From NCBI GenBank assembly GCA_034780895.1, contig JAUZTB010000069.1, forward strand, positions 5,825,870-5,889,869: 64,000 nt of DNA, read 5' to 3'. Below the pieces are notes generated by a model, which did no database searches, was not told the DNA's origin, and saw only the letters and a program-made list of their open reading frames with translations. This document shows, piece after piece, positions 53,751-64,000 of this stretch. Position 1 is the stretch's first letter, and every line of letters starts with the position of its first letter. Source of the DNA: Rhynchobatus australiae. Lineage: Eukaryota. A program made the position numbers and the translations under genes.

Positions 53751-54935
53751 ATATCCCATAGAGGGAACGGCCTGGAGACTGAGCTGTGACCGTGGGGATC
53801 TCAGGGGGGAGCTGAGATGGAGCATTTCCTCCTTCACATTAGGGGCCAATGTACCATGTGCCTTCCTAATCAAACTCTGAAGCTGCATGATAACTTCCAG
53901 TGGTTTGTGTACAGGGGGACACTACTGGACAGCCACATCTCTCAATATCCGACCATCTTAAAATAAAAATACCTCTGCCTTTCTGCGTTTTCCACTGAAG
54001 TGGAAGACCTCACATTTTTCCACATTAGCTTTTATCGTTCACACCCACCCTGTCCCTGCCCCCGTGGAGAAACCAGACACTGCAGATGCTGGAATCTGGA
54101 GCAGAAGATGAGCTGCTGTTCTTATCAGAGTCCATAACCTGCAGCCTTGGTCTCCACTTATCACCTCCCAGAATCAGCCGTTACTTCCACCCCTGTAGTT
54201 TAGGTCAGGAAACTTGCCACGCTATCTGAGCCTATATGTGACTACAGTCCCACACTAATGTGGTTAACATGTAACCCTTCTTATTAAACCACGGGGTTGT
54301 CTCCAAGGCTGATATTTATTTCCCCTCCGTTAGATCTTCTTGAGAAGACGGTGGTGAGGCACTTTCTAGAACAGCTGCTGTCTTTCCGGTGAATATCCTC
54401 CTGCACTGCTGTTGGGCAGAGAGTTCCAGGATTTAGACCCAACAACAATGAAGGACGGTGATATATTTCCAAGTCAGGATGGTGTCTGACTTGGAAATGT
54501 ATCACCAGTCCTCCATCGTTGCTGAGTTTGTATCCTGGAACTCCCAGGTGTAGCGATGGCATTCCTCCACACCCGCCACTTGCTGGGAAATCATTCTACA
54601 CAACTGGTTGCTCATTAAACTCTTGAGTTTTGCCTCTTGTTGTATTCACCGGTCAGATTTCTTTCATGTAGTGGTAAAGGACACAACTGGGGAAACTACA
54701 TCTGCGAATTTAAAGTTTGTTTTCTTTTATACTTGTCTCTTCAGGGGTTGTGGACGTTGCAAACNNNNNNNNNNNNNNNNNNNNNNNNNNNNNNNNNNNN
54801 NNNNNNNNNNNNNNNNNNNNNNNNNNNNNNNNNNNNNNNNNNNNNNNNNNNNNNNNNNNNNNNNTTGTGGACGTTGCAAACGTTCATTGTTGGTCTCTAC
54901 TCGTTCCTGAACCAATGAAGCAGTTCATCGTTGGA

Positions 54936-54983
54936 AGCCCTGGAGTCACATATAGACCAGCCCTGGAGTCACATATAGACCAG
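54936..54983 (+). repeat. Exact 23-bp tandem duplication (AGCCCTGGAGTCACATATAGACC x2)
   Basis: Seen directly in the sequence. Confidence 0.9.
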
Positions 54984-57109
54984 ATTGGTAAGAACTGCCT
55001 ACCTTGAGGTAGTTGGAAATGAAAAGGGTAAAAGGCCAGAAGGGAGTGTCTGAGAGAGAGGAGTGTTGGAGGTGAGAGGTAGGTAAGTACAGCAGATTTC
55101 CTTCCCTGAGGGACAATAGTGGACCTCCTGGGGTTTACAGCAGCCTAGTATCATGGTTACTGTCACTGAGACCTTTTTCTTAAATCGCATTTGACAATCT
55201 GGAGCTGATGAATATATTCTGGTGATGCGTGGTTAGTATCATTGTGTTTTTATTTCTTTATAACAACTTTGAAATCATCAAGTTTTGCAGTCTAGTGAAA
55301 TTTCCTGTGTTTACTCTCATTTCAGTTTAATTTTATTTAATAAACCCGAATAATACTTTTATTGCCTGAGGGATGAAATCTGTCAAAAATATCAGTACAA
55401 GATGTTTCGCAGTGGGATTTTAAAGGCTTCTTCGTTTACCTCAGGAATACTCTGTGCATCAGACACCTTAAGTGTTTGTGCTTCTGGTTGTAGGACGCCA
55501 GGGGCTACTTGTGGATGGTGACTTTTATGTTGAGTACCAGGGATACAACAAGTTGCAAGCTTGCAATGCAGTGCTGGAGAAACTGTGAATTATTCTTGTT
55601 GACTTTGGCAGCCACTTTGGAGAGACTTGGAATTTAGTCACTAGACTCTGCAAAAATCTGTTGGAGATTGAGAGGATTTTCAAGCAAGCATAGAAAGAGG
55701 CTGGAAGGGATCTGAAAGAGGGTGTTGACAGGACAATAAATTAACCAGCATCTGTTTGCATTACATTTTCATTTCAATTACCGATCAGTCATTGAAAAAT
55801 CAGCAGACCAAGTAAGCTTTGAAAAGATCGGTTTATCTGTTTTTTATGATTATTTAAAGCATTAACATTTAAGATGAACGAAACTGCTTTACAAACACAC
55901 CCACACACATTCACAGACATCAGTGTAGATATATTAAATGGTTGCAAACACATTTTCAATGCAATATTATTAATGAGCACAGTTTGGGCCAATTGCATGT
56001 GTTAGAGCGCACAATTTTTTGCTGAAAATTTTGGTGCACTTCTGATTAACTTTCATGTATCACCTTCTGCATTACAGCTGGGCAGTGGTTACTCAGTGAA
56101 CTGGGTCTGGGAGGAATCTGGTCAGGATTGATTATGGTGGCGGAGTGCTGCTGCGGGTAGTACAGCTGTCTCACAGCTGCAGCGAATCTGGTTCCATCCT
56201 GCCCTCATGCTGTTCGTGTGGAGCTTGCATGTTCTCCCTGTGACCAGGTGGGTGTCTACCACATTCCAAATATGTGCTGGTTGATTGGTTAATCGGCTAC
56301 TGTAGTGTCAAAGTCAAGTTTAATGTCAAATGCACAAGTCCATGTGTGCACAGGTACAATGAAAAACTTACCTGTAGCAGCATCACAGGCACATAGCATC
56401 AGCTAAGCAGCATTCACAAGGAAAACACATTATACGCCTGTTATATGAAAGAACACAAGAAGTCCNNNNNNNNNNNNNNNNNNNNNNNNNNNNNNNNNNN
56501 NNNNNNNNNNNNNNNNNNNNNNNNNNNNNNNNNNNNNNNNNNNNNNNNNNNNNNNNNNNNNNNNNNNNNNNNNNNNNNNNNNNNNNNNNNNNNNNNNNNN
56601 NNNNNNNNNNNNNNNNNNNNNNGAGAAGATGGCACGGCCCGGATGGTGGGGATCTTTGATGGATGTTGCCTTCTTGAGGCAGCGCCTCCTGTAGATACTA
56701 CCGGTGGTGGGGAGGGATGTGCCCGTGATGTATTTGGGCAGAGTCCACTACTCTCTGCAGCTTCTTACATCCCTGTACATTTGTATTGCTGGACCAGACC
56801 CTGATGCAACCAGTCAGGACACTTTCAACAGTAGGTGGGTTGTAGGAGAATCAATGGGTGTTAACAGGCATGTGAAAGGACAGGTAACACGTGATACTTG
56901 GCATGGTTGTTTCCACCCTCCCTCCCCCACCCCCAGCAGGCCCACTCTCTCATCATTCCACTTCCATCTGTTCCTGTGCTGTAAACTGCGTCCATTTTAT
57001 TCTTGACAGGTCTGGAGACGTTGGATGCATTTAGCACCCCCTTGTTATTGGTGCTGGCTGTGGCCTGGCCCCATGGGTGAATATTATTGCCTTTCAGCTC
57101 TGCATCAGA

Positions 57110-57410
57110 TACAGGCTCCAAGACCCACACAAGTCTTGAGCACAAGAATCCGGGCTAACACTCCAGTGCTGTGCCCCTGGAGTGCTGTTCTGTCAGATGA
57201 CAGGTTAAACTATGGTGCTGTCTTGCAGCTTGACTAATTTGGAAAAGAGCTGGGGAGTTATCCGTTGTTTCCTGTCTGATATTTCTCAGAGATTATCCAA
57301 CCTTTACAGCTCTGCCTATGGGATCTCACTGTGCACACAGACTGCCATATTTCCTATATTACAACTGTGACAATGCTTCAAAGTATTTAATTGTCTATGA
57401 AGGTGTTTTA
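57110..57410 (+). mobile_element. DeuSINE-superfamily (SacSINE1/AmnSINE-like) ancient SINE, diverged
   Basis: ttgagcacaa...ctaacactccagtgc...gaaaagagctggggagtt...tttcctatattacaactgtgacaatgcttcaaagta matches my recollection of the Deu domain and L2-like tail; partial copies near 21600-21770 and 61400-61565. Confidence 0.6.
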
Positions 57411-57619
57411 TTTTAATCAACAGGCGAATCGATCTCTCTTTGGAAGAGGTCTTTCCAGTATTCAACAGAAGGAAACTCTTTAACTGTACCATGGAGAAAA
57501 GATTTGCATTTCACAAAAACTAAAGCTTAAGAAATGGGAACAAATGTACTGGCATTGCCTCTGTTGAGGTGGTTTACCTTTTGCTCTTTGTATTGCCGGA
57601 TCTGAGTGCTGAGGTATTC

Positions 57620-57945
57620 AGTAGAGTCACACAGCTCAGAGACAGGCCCTTCGGCCCAGTGACTCTGTGCTGACCATCAAGCATCCATTTTACACTAATT
57701 CTGTTCTTTTCCCCCCATTCCCATCAGCTCCCACCAGATTCTCCCTCTCACCTACATTCTGTTTATGGCAGACGATTTACCTACCAGCCCGCACGGCTTT
57801 GGGACGTGGGAGGGAACCTGAGCACGCAGGGGAAACCCACGAGGTCGTTGAGAATGTGCAAACTCCGCACAGACAGCACCTGAGGTCAAGATTGAACCCA
57901 GGTCACTGAAGGCAGCTGAACAAACCGCTGTGCCACAGCGCCACT
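57620..57945 (-). mobile_element. HE1/V-SINE-type SINE, minus strand
   Basis: Reverse complement of the V-SINE core (ggaaacccac...gcaaactccgcacagacagcacc); further copies at 50300-50445 (-), 56135-56305 (+) and 60119-60192 (+, running into the gap). Confidence 0.75.
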
Positions 57946-59039
57946 CCATAACTTATTCACAAGCTTAGGGGAGTTAAGGGCAAGATCAGATCAGTCTGCT
58001 TATTGAATGGTAGAGCAATCTCAATTGGCTGAACAACAACTCGTATTTCCTCTGTGAGGGATATTCTAAGATGTGAATTTGTTACTTGATGGATGGAGAA
58101 AAATGTTCATGCAAAACAGCCCGGCAAATCGGCTTTACTCAGGTAACACTTTACTTAAAGGAATAAACTCCAAATTCTGGCAATTCTCTTAATAGTTTTA
58201 TTCAGTTAACAGAGACAGCTACCACTGGAAGAGATGGAAAAAGAGCTTCCATTCTCTCAAACATTTTATTCCATCAGTTATTCACTTAAGTGGCTTTGAC
58301 TACTCTCCACTTGATGCCAGTGATATTGAAGAGATACCTACCAACTGTTCAACTGATGGTGTGCTTTGATCTCTGACTTTCAGATGTGAATGCATCAAAT
58401 GCACACACAACAACCAGAGTATCCATTAATATAAATCATGTTCTTTGAAATAATCATACCACAAAGTTCCTGATGCCATTAATGAATCCTCAGAGTGGGA
58501 ATCGGAGTAGGACCAGAATATTGGACAAAGCCCTTACTCACATCCATAAATAAGTATTAATATTTTTTAAATATGGGAAAATAACCACAATTCTCTTGCT
58601 TTTTACACTTGTTCAGATGAAATTACAAAGTGATAAAACCTAATGCGGTTGAACATGGATCTGTTGGAGCACTGGAGCCGTTTTGCGATCACAATTGGAG
58701 CTTTGCTGTTTCATTGCACTGGAAGTTCCATTTGCTAATCACTGGAATTCAGCAGCACTGGACAGAGATGGTTCAGTTCATGTGTGGAGACCAAGGTAAA
58801 GGTTGCAAGTGACAAAACAAATTCACTTCATCAAAGCTACGAGCCTATGCAAGGAACGGATTGGTGTGGTGTGCATGTGATAATTAGCGGAGCTATAATT
58901 GGTTTATTATTGTCACGTACTGAGATACAGTGAAAATCTTTGTTTGCGTGCCATCCAGACAGATCCTCCCATATCTGTAAGATAACAGAGGGGCTTATTT
59001 CAAATAACAGGGAGGAGCTTGTAAAAATCCCAGTCACGA

Positions 59040-59455
59040 GGAATGAAATGTTGTAGAAACTCTCAGGGATAGATCACCAGCACCCAATGGCCTGCCCCAA
59101 AGAGTTTAAAAAAAAGTGACTGCAGAAACGATGGACCCATCGGTTGTATTTATTCAAAACTTGCTAAATTCCTGGAGGATACAAGAACATTGGAAAATAG
59201 TCAATGTACCTCCCCACTCAAAAACAGGAGGAAGGCAGGAGGGAAATTATAGCCCAGTTAGTTTAACATCTATCATTAGCAAGGTGCTAAAGTCAATAAT
59301 CAAAAAGGAAATAACTAATCATTTAGGAAAGCTAAATATATTCAAACTGAGTCAATATGATCTTATGAAAGGCAAGTTCTGATTGACAAATTTGCTCAAA
59401 TTCTTTGCGATGTGACAAGGTGAGTTGATAGAGGGGGAACTGTAGATGCAATTGT
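59040..59455 (+). mobile_element. Old CR1-type LINE RT fragment
   Basis: ORF 59116..59382 reads WKIVNVPPHSKTGGRQEGNYSPVSLTSIISKVLKSIIK...SQYDLMKGK. Confidence 0.85.
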
Positions 59456-62400
59456 GAATTGGTTTATTATTGCCACGTGTACTGAGATACTTTTGTGGAA
59501 AGCTTTTGTTTGTGTGCCATCCAGACAGATCATTCCGTACAGCAGTACATCAAGGTGGCAAAAGGTAAACAGAATGCAGAATAAAGTGTTACAGAGAGAG
59601 TGCATGCAGGTAGGCAAAGTGCAAGGGCCGCGATGAGGTAGATTGAGAGATGAGAGTTCATCTTTACCATATGAGAAGTCCTTTCAAGAGACTTGCTGAA
59701 AGATACTTTGAAGTATTAGCTGTGCTTCTCTCTCCCCAGGCACTGCCTGACCTGCTGAGGATTTCCAAGATTTGCAGCATTTTACTTTTGAGTCACGATA
59801 CACTTCAAAGTGCTGGGTAAACACCAACAATTCCTGAAGGTGCAAACATCCAACTTCAGGTAACCTCAGTCCCTTCCCTTTCTCCTCCTGATCTACCCAG
59901 TTCCTCCTCCATCTGCCCTCTCCACCCCCCTTATTTGGTTCCATGCTCCACCTTCCTGTCCTATCAGATTCCAGCATCTGCAGCCCCCGTCACCTCCACC
60001 TCTCACCTCCCAGCCTCTGTCACTACTCCCACTCTCCCCTCCTCCATCTGCCTATCCCCCCTCCTCACCTGGATCCAGCTCTTGCCCCACCCCTACAGGT
60101 TACCTCCCTCTATCTTTCCGCCGCTGTCTGTAAGGAGTTTGTACGTTCTCCCCGTGTCTGCGTGGGTTTCCTCCGGGTGCTCCGGTTTCCTCNNNNNNNN
60201 NNNNNNNNNNNNNNNNNNNNNNNNNNNNNNNNNNNNNNNNNNNNNNNNNNNNNNNNNNNNNNNNNNNNNNNNNNNNNNNNNNNNNNNNNNNNNNNNNNNN
60301 NNNNNNNNNNNNNNNNNNNNNNNNNNNNNNNNNNNNNNNNNNNNNNNNNNNNNNNNNNNNNNNNNNNNNNNNNNNNNNNNNNNNNNNNNNNNNNNNNNNN
60401 NNNNNNNNNNNNNNNNNNNNNNNNNNNNNNNNNNNNNNNNNNNNNNNNNNNNNNNNNNNNNNNNNNNNNNNNNNNNNNNNNNNNNNNNNNNNNNNNNNNN
60501 NNNNNNNNNNNNNNNNNNNNNNNNNNNNNNNNNNNNNNNNNNNNNNNNNNNNNNNNNNNNNNNNNNNNNNNNNNNNNNNNNNNNNNNNNNNNNNNNNNNN
60601 NNNNNNNNNNNNNNNNNNNNNNNNNNNNNNNNNNNNNNNNNNNNNNNNNNNNNNNNNNNNNNNNNNNNNNNNNNNNNNNNNNNNNNNNNNNNNNNNNNNN
60701 NNNNNNNNNNNNNNNNNNNNNNNNNNNNNNNNNNNNNNNNNNNNNNNNNNNNNNNNNNNNNNNNNNNNNNNNNNNNNNNNNNNNNNNNNNNNNNNNNNNN
60801 NNNNNNNNNNNNNNNNNNNNNNNNNNNNNNNNNNNNNNNNNNNNNNNNNNNNNNNNNNNNNNNNNNNNNNNNNNNNNNNNNNNNNNNNTCGAAAGCGCAG
60901 ACGTCCAGACTTAAGAATAGCTTCTGCCCCACAGACTTCAGAACCAATCACCTCTTTCACACACCCTTCCCAGTGGTGCTGCCCTGTTCTCAGACTCTTA
61001 ATTTTACCTCACGCGGTTATTCCGTTATTGTCACTTCAGCATTTCTTTTTGCCCTACTTCAGAGCGCACTGCAGTCTCCGCACCATTCCACTGTTTTGCA
61101 TTCATTGTTGTATTTATTATTACCATGTACACTGTTTACTCAGAGCGTCATGTGAGCAAGGAATGTCATTGTACCTTCATGTATGTGACAATAAACCAAT
61201 CTGATTGGACACTGATGGAAAGTTCATGCTCCATTCTAGCGAGGATGGTCAGAGAGCACGTCACATCTTACACAGGCTCATGGAGACACAAGTGACTGCA
61301 GATGCTGGAATCTGGAGCAATAAGTGAGATGCTGGAGGAACTCAATAGGTCAGGCAGCATCTGTGGAGGGAACTAAGACTCAGATGGACACTCAGGAGTA
61401 ATTCATCTTTGGTACAAGACTATCGGCCACCACAGACACTTAATTCCTGGTATTCAATTATTGAGTTGTGTGTGTGCTGATTGGCTGCCTAGTGTTCTAC
61501 ATCACAATGGCGAGTACACTAAAGCATTTGATTGGCTGTAAAGTGCGTTTGGACATCTTGAGAGAGACGTGGGGGTTACTGTGGAGATTGCCAGAAAACG
61601 GCATTGGGAGAGTGCTGTAGGACAGCTCGATAGGATGGTAAGAGTCTGTCTGTAGTAGGCAGAGGTCTCACTGAATTACAAGCACTTACTCCATGCTTTT
61701 GACACGAGGGTAGCCAATAGCTTTGCACCAAAGATGAATTACTCCCATGTGTAATAACTGATTGTGGTTTCTACACACAAAGGCACGGCAAAAAGAAATC
61801 AATTATAAACTGACTTCCATGAGGTAATTCTTTTAATGTGCAGGTTCTTTGGAATTACAGGTGACACAGTTGTTTTGCCACAGAGGAACTGGAATAGATG
61901 CAAGATTGAGAACATTTATAAGATGAGTAATTTTTTCACCGATTTAAAAGTGAAGGCAAAAATCACCCTCCACTTCAACCTGGTGTTGTCACTGAAAGTG
62001 ATGTGGTGGGATGGTGGACGAGGTTGGTGGGGCTGCTCGAGGCACTGGAAAGTTGTATCATAGTTCTGAAAGCTGCCTTAAAAAGATAAAAATCTAATGC
62101 AAGTTACTGGCTTGCAGCTGTGTGCTTCAATAACAACGTAGTGGATTATTCTTTGGATTAGGGGTTGGTGGAGTGAGTGAGGCAGTGTGACTCTGTGACC
62201 AGGCCAAGAAATGAAGAATAAGGTATGTACTTTTATTAATTACTTGTAACTTGTGTAATAGGATTAGATATTTAGAAGAGTTTTAATAGTCTTTTTATTC
62301 TTAAAAATTGTTAATAATTTCTAAAAATCTATCAATTACCTTGTCAAATATTTCTGAACATCAGAGGCATTTAAGACCTCTGTTTGATAGCCATCAAAGC

Positions 62401-62806
62401 TGAAACCTGTGCTTTGCTGGCTACCAAAGACTTTCAGAAGAAATTCAGAGGCAAGTCTTGTTCCACCTGACCACATGTCTCCATTATATTGCTACCTCTT
62501 GGGCCTGTCTCCTTGACTCTGATTTTTCAGGTGGGTAATATTGGCTTCTGTCTCTGGAAGTTTAAGTGTACAGCAACAGTGGTTGGTGAAAATCCAGGCC
62601 AACGTGAATGGGACCTAAGGCCTCAGATGGTCGGCGTTACTTGTGCAATGAATGCAACTGTTAAGTGCTTTGGACTGCAGAGGCATACATTGTAGGTTGA
62701 TTCATTGGTCCATCTGCTGAAATGTACACAGCTGATCACTCCACTCCACCCCTCCCACACATATACACAATCACACAACTACAAGCAATCACACATGCAA
62801 CCATGT

Positions 62807-62869
62807 ACTCGCGCACCATCTCACTCTCGCGCACCATCTCACTCTCGCGCACCATCTCACTCTCGCGCA
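62807..62869 (+). repeat. 18-bp minisatellite (TCTCGCGCACCATCTCAC), about 3.5 copies
   Basis: Seen directly; it appears as SRTISL x3 in ORF 62722..62955. Confidence 0.9.
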
Positions 62870-64000
62870 ACCACTCTCTAAGGTATGAACCCACCCTCTC
62901 ATTTAAAGCACCATTAATTTATCAAATAGCCCAGTTCAGAATAGTGATCATGTAGATATGGTCAAATACTGAGGTTTAGTAAATTTAGAATTAAAATTAA
63001 ATACAATGATACAGATAATTTTTAATTAAAAATCACTTCAAAGTATTTAGTAAGAAGGTGATAACAGTTTTCTTTAAAAAAATAATTACAAATGTTCAGG
63101 GATGGAACCCTAGAAGCCAAAGAAAAACTGGAAAGAGACAACAATTTCTGAATCCTGGTCTGATTTAGGTGATGCAAATAAAGCGGTTTCATTAAATCTT
63201 TAATCAAATCACTTTTACATATCTGCTGAAACATGGAAAATTACCCCTTTTTTCCGTGTCCTCAGAAATACTTTGCTCTCAATCTTGAAGTGGATTTTCT
63301 ATCGGTCTAAAGTGGGACAAATTAATATGCAGAAGAGGCAGTGCCACATTCTGTGCTGGGTAGGAGAGATCTGCAACCCTGGGTTTGTTATTACACTTAA
63401 TATAAAAACACTGCTGGAAGAAGTGGAGAGACATTACTTAAATTAAAGTCAACACCTTGACTGGGTCACCCAGCATGGCCTTCCTATTTATCAGTCCCTG
63501 TTGAGATTGTCACAAGCAATCACTGATGGACGAAGTGCACATTAAAATTAACTTCACATTTATCTTGGAGACATCTAAAATATTATCCTTGAATGTTATT
63601 GATGGATCAAATGTAAACAGATTTCAATGGAAACTCGCAGAATATATAAAATACATACGACTGCACATTGGTAATATCGTTACCAGAATGGTGTAAGTAT
63701 AATAAAAATACATCTCTTATTCCTAAATTCTGTCACNNNNNNNNNNNNNNNNNNNNNNNNNNNNNNNNNNNNNNNNNNNNNNNNNNNNNNNNNNNNNNNN
63801 NNNNNNNNNNNNNNNNNNNNNNNNNNNNNNNNNNNNAAATTCTGTCACCTCTAATGGTGTCACATGGGATTGAAACAGAGAACATTATTTCTGAATGTAA
63901 ACTACGAACGATACAAGAAATGCCATAAGCTGATAAATTGCAGATTAAATGACTGCCACACTTCACTTCACTTCCCCCACTGTTAATTTCACACGTTCTG

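Noticed and set aside
55590-55640. ILVDFGSHFG as the missing DFG exon of the kinase
   Set aside because: No P-x-NIF or KIGDFGL context and no convincing splice sites; probably chance.
62807-62869. Short direct repeats as a possible CRISPR array (also 54936-54983)
   Set aside because: Head-to-tail tandem repeats without spacers, no cas genes, and a vertebrate context.
50034-64000. MAPKAP1 3' exons, expected downstream on the minus strand by synteny
   Set aside because: I recognised no SIN1-like peptide; the gene probably lies beyond the window.

Overview
Eukaryotic (vertebrate) genomic DNA from a gapped scaffold with 20 N-runs. It is very probably an elasmobranch (shark or ray), judged from HE1/V-SINE, DeuSINE, CR1, Rex1 and Penelope repeats. 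The first 28.4 kb hold the last 12 coding exons (the first one partial) of GAPVD1 (Gapex-5/RAP6, C-terminal VPS9 Rab5-GEF domain) on the + strand. All have GT-AG boundaries and consistent phases, and they end at TGA 28388-28390, followed by a long 3' UTR. The rest is retroelement-rich intergenic DNA with some repeat-free blocks. Two unexpected intact gene fragments stand out. (1) The last two coding exons of SEC23 (SEC23A-like), with their intron, lie on the sense strand inside a GAPVD1 intron (13435-14159). (2) A single intact 181-nt exon of an eIF2-alpha kinase (PKR/EIF2AK2-like, ...YLYIQM...IHRDLK) lies at 49853-50033, and I found no other kinase exon. Either could be real gene-fragment capture or an assembly chimera. 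No CRISPR, rRNA, true tRNA or prokaryotic system is supported. Family assignments come from my recollection of protein and repeat sequences, not from a database search.
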